Assembly: GCA_034718215.1 (NCBI GenBank)
Contig: JAYEMR010000111.1
Coordinates: 1 to 42,865, forward strand
Source: Chloroflexota bacterium
GTDB taxonomy: Bacteria > Chloroflexota > Anaerolineae > JAYEMR01
DNA length: 42,865 bases
Direction: 5' to 3'
Part shown: piece after piece, positions 19,728-27,607 of the stretch
Numbering within the stretch: the stretch's first letter is position 1
Layout: the number at the start of each line of letters is the position of its first letter
Notes under the pieces: generated by a model
The model's input: the letters and a program-made list of their open reading frames with translations, nothing else
Told to the model about the DNA's origin: nothing
The model's database searches: none
Position numbers and translations under genes: made by a program

Positions 19728-19814
19728 CCTGCCTGAGCACCCGTGCCTGCCCGCACCTGATCGAGTACAGGTGATCGGGTACAGGCAGACAGGACAGGCA
19801 GGCAGGGGACAGGC
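19728..19814 (-). repeat. 66-bp CCTG...CAGG element (19728-19793) plus adjacent CAGG-rich half elements
   Basis: Reverse complement differs from 42615-42680 at only 2 positions. Confidence 0.9.
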
Positions 19815-19831
19815 GAAACGTCTGAGCGCAT

Positions 19832-19860
19832 TTGACACCCTTTCTCAACCGTGGTATCAT
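19832..19860 (+). promoter_or_regulatory. Sigma70 promoter for the E2 / CMD / E3 operon
   Basis: TTGACA-17-TATCAT with an extended TG. Confidence 0.7.
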
Positions 19861-19883
19861 ACAGAGTAGCTCATCATACCCAA

Positions 19884-19912
19884 ATTATACTCCAGTCCGG
19901 GGCGACTGTCAA
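19884..19912 (-). promoter_or_regulatory. Perfect-consensus sigma70 promoter firing leftward
   Basis: TTGACA-17-TATAAT on the minus strand. Confidence 0.7.
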
Positions 19913-19958
19913 AGCAACGGCCGCACGTCTGGCTGGACGTTTTCTAGGAGAAACTGAT

Positions 19959-21284
19959 ATGGCTACTGAAGTGATCCTGCCCAAGATGGGGCAGACAATG
20001 GAGGAGGGAACCATACTGGAGTGGTACAAGGCAGAGGGCCAGGAGGTGGATGAAGGCGAGCCCCTCTTCCAGGTGGAATCTGACAAGGCAGTGTTCGACA
20101 TTGAGTCCCCCGCCAGCGGCACGCTGCGTCAAGTCTGGTTCCCCAGTGGGGCTACAGTTTCCGTGCTGGCCCCCGTTGCCATAATCGGCTCGCCTGAGGA
20201 GGATCTGAGCGGCTATAAGCCACCTGCGGCTGCTAAGGTGCCTGAAGCGCCGCTCCCCTTCGCTCTAGCGCCGGAAGAGCCTTCTGCTCCGCCTCCCAGC
20301 AGGGCCGGGGGACGGGTTCCTGCCTCCCCCCGCGCGCGACGACTGGCTCGCGAAAAGGGGATCGAATTGGCACGAGTGACCGGCACCGGCCCCCAGGGAA
20401 GCATCGTGGAACAGGATGTGCTGGACTATCTGAAGGCTCACCCCGAAGGTCGCGGGCAACCACGCACCACACCGACTGCGCGAAAATTGGCCGCCCAAGA
20501 GGGAGTAGAGTTGACTGAACTGACCGGCACCGGCCCCGGCGGTCGTGTGACACGGGCCGATGTGAGGGCCTCTCTGGCGGAAGGAGTAGCCGCAACCGTA
20601 GGCGAGGTGGTCCCACTGACAGGGACGCGTAAGCTCATCGCTCAGCGTATGGCTGAGAGCGCGCGAACCACAGCTCGGCTGACCCTCACCACCGAGGCGG
20701 ATGTCACGGAGCTCGTGGGGTTGGTGAAGCGATTTCGCGAGCTTCTGGAGGGCCAGGATGCGATCCCCGGCTACAATGACCTGTTCCTTAAGGCCGTAGC
20801 CCAGGCGCTTCAGGATCATCCTTACCTCAACGCCCGCTGGGGAGAGGAGGGGATAGAGCTGTTGAGCGAGATCAACATCGGGCTGGCGGTGGACACGGAG
20901 AGGGGGTTGGTGGTGCCTGTGATAGAGGATGTACCCAGCAAGGGGCTGCGCGAGATCGCCCGCGAGCGGCGTGATCTGACCGACCGCGCTTTGGCGGATG
21001 AGCTCCTGCCCGATGACCTGACGGGCGGCACCTTCACCATCACCAACCTGGGCATGTTCGAGATCGACGCCTTCGCTCCCCTAATCAACCTGCCCGAGTG
21101 CGCTATCCTGGGGGCGGGGCGCATCCGGGCCAAGCCCGCCCTCCACCGGGGGGAGATCTGCGCCCGGCAGATGATGGCCCTCAGCCTGACATTCGATCAC
21201 CGTGTCGTGGATGGCGCCCCGGCGGCCCGCTTCCTGCAGCAGGTGAAGCGTCTGATCGAACAGCCATCACTTTTACTCTTGTAG
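19959..21284 (+). CDS. Dihydrolipoamide acyltransferase (E2) with one lipoyl and two subunit-binding domains
   Basis: ESDKA lipoyl Lys, two GTGPxG PSBD repeats, GGTFTITNLG, FDHRVVDG. Confidence 0.93.
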   Translation: MATEVILPKMGQTMEEGTILEWYKAEGQEVDEGEPLFQVESDKAVFDIESPASGTLRQVWFPSGATVSVLAPVAIIGSPEEDLSGYKPPAAAKVPEAPLPFALAPEEPSAPPPSRAGGRVPASPRARRLAREKGIELARVTGTGPQGSIVEQDVLDYLKAHPEGRGQPRTTPTARKLAAQEGVELTELTGTGPGGRVTRADVRASLAEGVAATVGEVVPLTGTRKLIAQRMAESARTTARLTLTTEADVTELVGLVKRFRELLEGQDAIPGYNDLFLKAVAQALQDHPYLNARWGEEGIELLSEINIGLAVDTERGLVVPVIEDVPSKGLREIARERRDLTDRALADELLPDDLTGGTFTITNLGMFEIDAFAPLINLPECAILGAGRIRAKPALHRGEICARQMMALSLTFDHRVVDGAPAARFLQQVKRLIEQPSLLLL

Positions 21285-21318
21285 AGATAGAGAGCTAAAG
21301 TAAACAAGGAGGCATGAG

Positions 21319-21649
21319 ATGGAGAAGAGAGTCAACCCGGAAGAGAATATGGCAGCCCTGGGCATGCAGATTCCGAAGGTCATGGGCGCCTTTGTAGGAT
21401 TGGATGAGGAAGCCACCAAGGATGGTGCGATCAGCGCCAAGATGAAGGAGTTGATTGCATTGGCCCTCTCAGTGGCGCTGCGGTGCGAGTACTGCATTAA
21501 GTTTCATGTACCTGCGGCGGTGAAGCAGGGGCTAGCCGCCAGGAAATTCTGGAGGCAACGGGTTTGCGATCCTGATGGCAGGTGGCCCCGCCGTAGCTTA
21601 CGGGGCTATGGTTGTCCTTGAAGCCCTGGACGAGCTGGACAGCCACTGA
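21319..21649 (+). pseudogene. AhpD-like / carboxymuconolactone decarboxylase family gene with two apparent single-base frameshifts
   Basis: KELIALALSVALRCEYCIKFH (CxxC). Adding one base at G4 21528-21531 and one near 21560-21565 restores GASRQEILEATGFAILMAGGPAVAYGAMVVLEALDELDSH*. Confidence 0.75.
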
Positions 21650-21716
21650 AGATAAGAGCGAGGGGTGAACAAGCGCTTCTGCTACGGAAGAAGCCAGGCA
21701 AAATAGGAGGGAGGCC

Positions 21717-23111
21717 ATGGTGGATGTAGCTGTCATCGGCGCGGGGTCCGGGGGCTACGTGGCCGCCCTGCGCGCCGCCCAACTGGGCGCTCAGGTGGCG
21801 CTGATCGAGCGGGATCAGCTGGGCGGGGTGTGCCTCAACCAGGGGTGCATACCCTCCAAGGCGCTGCTGCGCAGCGTGGAGGTGTACCAACTGGCGCGTA
21901 AAGCGGCCAGGTTCGGCGTCAGGGCCTCCGGGATGACGCTAGACTGGGAGGCGGCTCAGGCCCGTAAGAGCAGGGTGGTCCAAGGTCTGAGGGGTGGTGT
22001 GGGTCGGCTGTTGGACCGGGCGGGGGTGGAGGTCATCCGAGGCGAGGCGCGCTTCGTCTCGCCCGACACGGTTGTGGTGGGCAGGGATCGGATCGAGGCC
22101 CGGTATTTCATCATCGCCACCGGCTCCCATCCTGCACGCCCGCCCATCCCTGGCCTCGATCTTCCCGGCGTGCTCGATAGCCAGCAGGCCCTGGAGCTAG
22201 AGGAGCTCCCCCAGAGCATCTGCATCATCGGCGGAGGGGCCATCGGCGTTGAGTTCGCCACGCTCTTCGCCGGCGCGGGGTTGAAGGTCACGCTGGTGGA
22301 GATGCTGCCCCGATTGCTCCCCCTGCTGGATCACTCCCTGGGCCAGGGACTACAGAGGAGCCTGGAGTGGCGGCGAGTGGAGGTGCTGACCGGGACGCGG
22401 GTGACGGGCATTGAGGCGGTGGATGGCCAGTTGCAGATCACGATGACCACGGAAAGCGACGAGAGGCAGGTCCGGGCCGAGAGGGCGCTGTGCGCCGTGG
22501 GGCGGCGGCCCAACGTGGAGGGCTTTGGCTTGGACGCGGCGGGGGTGCGCTATAATGGCTCGGGCATCGCGGTGGATGAGCGGATGCGCACCAACGTGCC
22601 CACCGTCTACGCCATCGGCGACGTGGCTCAGGGGAGGTGGCAGCTCGCCCACGTCGCCTCCCACGAGGGCATCGTCGCCGCGGAGAACGTCTGCGGCCAG
22701 GACGCTCGGATGCGCTACCACGCCGTCCCGGCCTGTGTGTTCTCCTCGCCTGAGGTGGCCAGCGTGGGGCTGAGCGAGGAGGAGGCGCGGGAACAGGGGT
22801 ACGATGTGCAGGTCGGCGCCTTCGACTTGAGCGGCAATGGTAAGGCGCTGGCCTACGGTCAGCCGGAGGGGTTTGTCAAGGTCGTGGCCGAGGGGGAGGT
22901 GGGCCAGGTGTTGGGCGTGCACGCCGTTGGCCCCCACGTCAGCGAGCTGATCTCGGAGGGGGCGATGGCCATTACCCTGGAGGCCACTCTGGAGGAGTTC
23001 GCCTCCACCATCCATCCCCACCCCACGGTCAGCGAGGCGCTGGCAGAGGCGGCGTTGGCGGTGGAGGGAAGGGCGATCCACTCATCCCGGCACCTACTAC
23101 TACACCGTTGA
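21717..23111 (+). CDS. lpdA: Dihydrolipoyl dehydrogenase (E3)
   Basis: GAGSGG, GGVCLNQGCIPSK redox disulfide, GGGAIGVE, HPHPTVSE. Confidence 0.93.
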   Translation: MVDVAVIGAGSGGYVAALRAAQLGAQVALIERDQLGGVCLNQGCIPSKALLRSVEVYQLARKAARFGVRASGMTLDWEAAQARKSRVVQGLRGGVGRLLDRAGVEVIRGEARFVSPDTVVVGRDRIEARYFIIATGSHPARPPIPGLDLPGVLDSQQALELEELPQSICIIGGGAIGVEFATLFAGAGLKVTLVEMLPRLLPLLDHSLGQGLQRSLEWRRVEVLTGTRVTGIEAVDGQLQITMTTESDERQVRAERALCAVGRRPNVEGFGLDAAGVRYNGSGIAVDERMRTNVPTVYAIGDVAQGRWQLAHVASHEGIVAAENVCGQDARMRYHAVPACVFSSPEVASVGLSEEEAREQGYDVQVGAFDLSGNGKALAYGQPEGFVKVVAEGEVGQVLGVHAVGPHVSELISEGAMAITLEATLEEFASTIHPHPTVSEALAEAALAVEGRAIHSSRHLLLHR

Positions 23112-23247
23112 TTACGTGGAGCGCAGCGATGGTGCATCGTCGGTGGCCCTGGGCCCGGTGTCCGACGAGGGGCGGCGCAGGACCTACGAGGAGTACGTCG
23201 AGAAGTTCGGGCGGGACAATGCCATCCGGCTGATGGTTGAAAGGTGA
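23083..23247 (+). pseudogene. Internal fragment of a DUF1638-like gene overlapping the lpdA 3' end
   Basis: Alternative frame reads HPGTYYYTVDYVERSDGASSVALGPVSDEGRRRTYEEYVEKFGRDNAIRLM; no suitable start; resembles the PGTY...YEEYVEKYG.DNA pattern (from memory). Confidence 0.6.
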
Positions 23248-23253
23248 TGTGTC

Positions 23254-24024
23254 ATGGGAAAAACAACAGAGACCCTGGAGCGCCCTTCTGCCTGTCCCCC
23301 GCCTGTGCGGACAGGTGCCTGCGCCCAGTGCCTCCTGCCTGCGCAGACAGGGGACAGGCGCCTACCTGCGGGGGCAGGAGACAGGACCCGATCCCTTACA
23401 GGACAGGCAGGCACGGGTGAGCAGATGGCTGTGCAAGAGCCTCGCTGGGCCACAGAGATAGCACAACTTTGGTCGCCCCAGGGCCAGTGGACGGAGGAGG
23501 AGTACTTCTCCCTGCCGGACACTAATCGGCTGGTCGAGCTTTCAGAAGGAGAGTTGATCATGCCACCTCATCCGACATATAGTCACCAAGTCGCTGTAGG
23601 TGAATTGTACACTGCCCTTCGGAGCTTTGTGCATCAGCATGGCCTGGGGACTGTCCTGCTTGCGCCCTTGCCAGTGCGACTGTGGCCTGGTAAGATCCGA
23701 GAGCCAGATATCTTTTTCATATCCCAGGAGCACAGCGATCGCATCGGCGAACAGGCATGTGGCCCACCGGACCTGGTCGTGGAAGTGCTCTCCCCGGCTA
23801 CCTGGCGCACGGACAGGCGGGAGAAGATGGTGGAATATGCTCAGGCTGGCATTCAAGAATGCTGGATTGTGGACCCGGACGAATGCACCGTCGAGGTCTT
23901 CGTCCTCCGTGAAGGGGCATATGTGTTTCTGGGCAAGTGGGGCGCTGATCAAACAGCTCGTTCCGAGAAGCTCCCTGGTTTCGAGATCTCTGTGGACGCG
24001 ATTTTCTTCCATAACGGTGATTAA
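23254..24024 (+). CDS. Uma2 family (PD-(D/E)xK) endonuclease with an in-frame repeat insertion near the N-terminus
   Basis: WTEEEYFSLP, ELSEGEL, REPDI, PDLVVEVLSP, DRREK..EY, WIVDP. ATG 23254 follows AGGTGA; alternative start at 23425. Confidence 0.88.
   Translation: MGKTTETLERPSACPPPVRTGACAQCLLPAQTGDRRLPAGAGDRTRSLTGQAGTGEQMAVQEPRWATEIAQLWSPQGQWTEEEYFSLPDTNRLVELSEGELIMPPHPTYSHQVAVGELYTALRSFVHQHGLGTVLLAPLPVRLWPGKIREPDIFFISQEHSDRIGEQACGPPDLVVEVLSPATWRTDRREKMVEYAQAGIQECWIVDPDECTVEVFVLREGAYVFLGKWGADQTARSEKLPGFEISVDAIFFHNGD
23284..23427 (+). repeat. About 144-bp multiply nested CCTG...CAGG composite
   Basis: Ends match the 66-bp element (cttctgcctgt | acccgatc...ggcaggcacgggtgagcag), with further CCTG/CAGG hairpins inserted at the T^A step. 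Confidence 0.8.
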
Positions 24025-24129
24025 GCGCCTGCGGGTCATAATCTGCGGGCGCAGCACCCGAGATCGGGTGTAGGACAAGTGGAAACTCTTTGAGCAAAAG
24101 CCTGTTTAGACAATGAAAGGAGCGAAACG

Positions 24130-25101
24130 ATGAAGGTTGGAGTTTTAGCTGTACTTTTCGGCGGAATGGAGTTCGAGGAGGCCCTGGACTACATCAAGTC
24201 CGTGGGCTGCGGGACGGTGGAGATCGGCTGCGGAGGCTACCCCGGCGACGCCCACTGCAAACCGGCGGAGCTCATCCAGGATGACGACGCGGTCAAAGCT
24301 TTCCAGGAGGCGGTGACCAGCCGAGGGCTGGAGATCAGCGCCTTGAGCTGCCATGGAAACCCCATCCACCCCAACCCCGAGATCGCTCAGGCGCATCACG
24401 AGGACTTCGAGAACACGGTGCTCCTGGCGGAGAAGCTGGGCCTGGACACGGTCATCACCTTCTCCGGCTGCCCAGGAGGAGGTCCAGAGGACAAGACCCC
24501 CAACTGGGTCACCTGCCCCTGGCCGCCCGACTACTCTCAGGTGGTGAAATGGCAGTGGGAGGAGAAACTGATCCCCTACTGGCAGGAGACGGCCTCCTGG
24601 GCCGCTGAGCATGGGGTGACCAAGATAGCTTTAGAGATGCACCCCGGCTTCTGCGTGTACAACCCGGAGACGCTGCTCAAGCTGCGGGAGGCGGTGGGAT
24701 CCTCCATCGGGGCCAATTTCGACCCCAGCCACCTCTTCTGGCAGGGGATAGACCCGGTGTACGCCATCCGGGAGATCGGAGAGGCGGGGGCGATGTTCCA
24801 CTTCCACGCCAAGGATACCAAGGTGGATCCAGTGAATACCAGAGTGCACGGCGTGCTGGACACCAAGCCCTACACCGAGGAGGTCAACCGGGCGTGGATC
24901 TTCCGCACCGTGGGATACGGCCACAGTGAGGAAGTGTGGCGAGATATGATCAGCAATCTGCGGCTCATAGGCTACGACGGAGCGCTTTCCATAGAGCATG
25001 AGGACAGCCTGATGTCGGCCCGAGAGGGATTCGAGAAGGCGGTTAAGTTCCTCAAGAGGCTGGTCATCGAGGAAGAGGCCGGCGTAGCCTATTGGGCCTA
25101 G
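24130..25101 (+). CDS. Sugar phosphate isomerase/epimerase (IolE/AP2-like TIM barrel)
   Basis: LSCHGNPIHP, FSGCPG, ALEMHPG, NFDPSHLFWQG, HAKD, SIEHED. Confidence 0.88.
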   Translation: MKVGVLAVLFGGMEFEEALDYIKSVGCGTVEIGCGGYPGDAHCKPAELIQDDDAVKAFQEAVTSRGLEISALSCHGNPIHPNPEIAQAHHEDFENTVLLAEKLGLDTVITFSGCPGGGPEDKTPNWVTCPWPPDYSQVVKWQWEEKLIPYWQETASWAAEHGVTKIALEMHPGFCVYNPETLLKLREAVGSSIGANFDPSHLFWQGIDPVYAIREIGEAGAMFHFHAKDTKVDPVNTRVHGVLDTKPYTEEVNRAWIFRTVGYGHSEEVWRDMISNLRLIGYDGALSIEHEDSLMSAREGFEKAVKFLKRLVIEEEAGVAYWA

Positions 25102-25119
25102 CTACTTTACCGGGAAAGG

Positions 25120-26166
25120 ATGAGAGCTGTGGCAGAGAAATTGAAAGTAGGAGTGGCAGCAGCAGGACAGATCGCCAAGGTGCTCCACATCCACGAGTGG
25201 GAGGAATCCCCCGACTGCGAGCTCATCTCCATCTACAACGGCGACCTGAGCTTCATCCCCGACGTCATCGAGGAATATGAGCCCAAGGGGGTCAAGTTCT
25301 ACGACGACTTCGACGAGTTCCTGGACAGCGGAGTGCAGGCCATCAGCGTGTGCGAGCGCAACTTCCTGCACGCGCCGCTGGCTATCAAGGCCCTCAGGAC
25401 AGGAGTGCACGTGCTGTGCGAGAAGCCCATGGCCACCAACCTAGAGGACGCTCAGGCGATGATTGATGCGGGCAAGGAGGGCGGTGCACTGCTCATGATT
25501 GACCAGTCGCAGCGCTACAGCCCAGTCCATCAAAAGGCCAAAGAGGTCATCGAGAGCGGCGTCCTGGGGGAGATCTATCACATCAAGACCACCTTCGGCC
25601 ACTCAGGGCCGGAGAACTGGAGCCCCACCGCCGATTGGTTCTTCAAGAAAGAGTACGCCGGTTTCGGTCCCCTGGCCGACCTGGGCGTGCACAAGGCTGA
25701 TCTTATCCGCTTCCTGACCGGCAAGGAGGTCAAACGGGTGTGCGGCCTCAAGGCCACCCTAGAGAAGCAGGACACCGATGTGGAGGACAATTCGGTGGCC
25801 ATCCTGGAGTTCACCGACGGCGCGATGGGCACGCTGTGCACCAGCTGGACCACCAAGGGCACGGAGGATAACTCCCTCACCGCCTTCTGCGAAAAGGGCA
25901 CGCTGCGCATCAGCGTCGAGCCAGATAATCCCCTGGTAGTCTACAGCGCTGAGCTGGGAGGCAAGATCACCTTCGATGTGCCGCCCATGCAGACCAACGT
26001 GGAGGGCCAGTGGTTCCTGGGCGTGGTGCAGGACTTCGTGGACGCCATCCTGGGTCGCAAGCCCTGCCCCATCCCCGGCGAGGAGGGCTACAAGGCACTG
26101 GAGATCATCGTGGCCCTGGACCGCTCCTGTGAGACGGGTCAGTGGGTGGAACTGCCCCTGCGGTAG
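25120..26166 (+). CDS. Gfo/Idh/MocA oxidoreductase
   Basis: HVLCEKPMA, FGHSGPENW, DLGVHKAD, VEDN. Confidence 0.88.
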   Translation: MRAVAEKLKVGVAAAGQIAKVLHIHEWEESPDCELISIYNGDLSFIPDVIEEYEPKGVKFYDDFDEFLDSGVQAISVCERNFLHAPLAIKALRTGVHVLCEKPMATNLEDAQAMIDAGKEGGALLMIDQSQRYSPVHQKAKEVIESGVLGEIYHIKTTFGHSGPENWSPTADWFFKKEYAGFGPLADLGVHKADLIRFLTGKEVKRVCGLKATLEKQDTDVEDNSVAILEFTDGAMGTLCTSWTTKGTEDNSLTAFCEKGTLRISVEPDNPLVVYSAELGGKITFDVPPMQTNVEGQWFLGVVQDFVDAILGRKPCPIPGEEGYKALEIIVALDRSCETGQWVELPLR

Positions 26167-26170
26167 AAAA

Positions 26171-26216
26171 CTGGGCCGGAGTTGCCTGTCCCAGCTTGAT
26201 GGGTAACCCGGCCCAG
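26171..26216. repeat. Long imperfect hairpin between the Gfo gene and the second Uma2 gene
   Basis: CTGGGCCGGAGTTGCCTGTC / GATGGGTAACCCGGCCCAG; no U-tract on the plus strand. Confidence 0.55.
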
Positions 26217-26241
26217 CCTCAAAGTGGCAGGGAGGCGAAAG

Positions 26242-26859
26242 ATGTCGAAGCCGGCTGTGGGTGCGGAATTGAAAATGAAACCTCAACTGGCGGTGGATGT
26301 GGCCCGGCTGTTCCCGCCTCAGGGAGAGTGGACCGAGGCGGCCTATCTTGCCCTGCCGGAGACCAATCACATCGTCGAGCTATCCGGGGGGGAGTTGATC
26401 ATGCCGCCACCGCCATCCGTCGCTCACCAGAGAATATCAGGCCGATTGCTCTTCGCGCTGTACTCCTTCGTGCGCGACAGGGACCTGGGCACAGTGCTCT
26501 ATGCCCCGACTGGGGTCAGGCTCTGGCCAGGCAAGATCCGTGAGCCGGACATCCTGTTTCTGGCTCACGAACACGCCGACCGCATCAAGGAGGACATGAT
26601 CTACGGCCCACCCGATCTGGTGATAGAGGTACTCTCTCCCGGTACCGAAGAGACCGACCGCCGGGAGAAGTTCGATGAGTATGAAGAGACCGGGGTGAGC
26701 GAGTACTGGCTCGTTGATCCGACGGCCTCAAATGTCACAGTTTGTGCTCTGACTGAGGGAGCGTACGAGCTTCAGGGGACATTTGACTCTGGGGAGGTAG
26801 CTCGCTCAGCACTTATGAAGGGATTCGATATCGCGGTGGATGAGATATTCAGACGCTAA
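26242..26859 (+). CDS. Uma2 family endonuclease (paralog of 23254-24024)
   Basis: WTEAAYLALP, VRLWPGKIREPDI, PDLVIEVLSP, EYWLVDP; GGAGG RBS. Confidence 0.88.
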   Translation: MSKPAVGAELKMKPQLAVDVARLFPPQGEWTEAAYLALPETNHIVELSGGELIMPPPPSVAHQRISGRLLFALYSFVRDRDLGTVLYAPTGVRLWPGKIREPDILFLAHEHADRIKEDMIYGPPDLVIEVLSPGTEETDRREKFDEYEETGVSEYWLVDPTASNVTVCALTEGAYELQGTFDSGEVARSALMKGFDIAVDEIFRR

Positions 26860-26905
26860 TTTATAGGGGCGTAGCAGAGCCCATCATGAAATGAATGGAG
26901 AAGCC

Positions 26906-27553
26906 ATGAAAAGAGCATTGATCGTACAGGGCGGCTGGGAGGGACACAAGCCGAGGGAGGTTGCCAATCTCCTGGCCCAGACGCTCCGAGAGAACGTGTT
27001 CCAGGTGGAGGTCTCCGACACCCTCGACGCTTTCAAGGATAAGGACTTGGAGGAAGTGGATCTGATCGTTCCCATCTGGACCATGGGGCACATTGAGCTC
27101 GATCAGCTGAGCCCATTTCTGGAGGCGGTGAGGGGGGGCACGGGGATTGCTGGGGTGCACGGAGGCATGGCCGATGCTTTCCGCGATCAGCCGGGATACC
27201 AGTACATGGTCGGCGGCCAGTGGGTGGCTCATCCGGGCGGCGACGGGGTCACCTACGAGGTGAACATCACCGATGTCCCCAGTCCCATCACCGAGGGCAT
27301 CGAGGACTTCACCGTGACCTCGGAGCAATACTACATGCACGTGGACCCAGGCAACACCGTCCTGGCCACCACCCGCTTCGCCTGCACAGGCGGCGATGTG
27401 GTGATGCCGGTGGTTTGGACGAAGACCTACGGTCAAGGGCGGGTTTTCTACTGCTCGCTCGGCCACTCGGCAGAAATCGTCCGGCAGCCGGAGGTCCTCA
27501 CCATGGTGACCCGAGGGATGATCTGGGCGGCGAAAGGAAGGGTTGAAAGTTAG
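26906..27553 (+). CDS. ThuA domain-containing protein
   Basis: GGWEGH, GGQWVAHPG, SEQYYMH, GRVFYCSLGH. Confidence 0.85.
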   Translation: MKRALIVQGGWEGHKPREVANLLAQTLRENVFQVEVSDTLDAFKDKDLEEVDLIVPIWTMGHIELDQLSPFLEAVRGGTGIAGVHGGMADAFRDQPGYQYMVGGQWVAHPGGDGVTYEVNITDVPSPITEGIEDFTVTSEQYYMHVDPGNTVLATTRFACTGGDVVMPVVWTKTYGQGRVFYCSLGHSAEIVRQPEVLTMVTRGMIWAAKGRVES

Positions 27554-27588
27554 AACTTGCAACTTTCAACTTGTAACCTGCAACTTCT
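27541..27588. repeat. 7-bp tandem repeats (AACTTGC-like x5) with an inverted partner
   Basis: aacttgc aactttc aacttgt aacctgc aacttct; GTTGAAAGTT / AACTTTCAAC hairpin. Confidence 0.7.
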
Positions 27589-27607
27589 CATTGGAGGTCA
27601 TCAAAGC

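Noticed and set aside
19587-19869. Small ORFs here and at 34772-35137 and 42477-42776 sharing PVCLYPITCTRSGAGRHG-like peptides
   Set aside because: They are translations of the stop-poor repeat, lack convincing starts, and are not a protein family.
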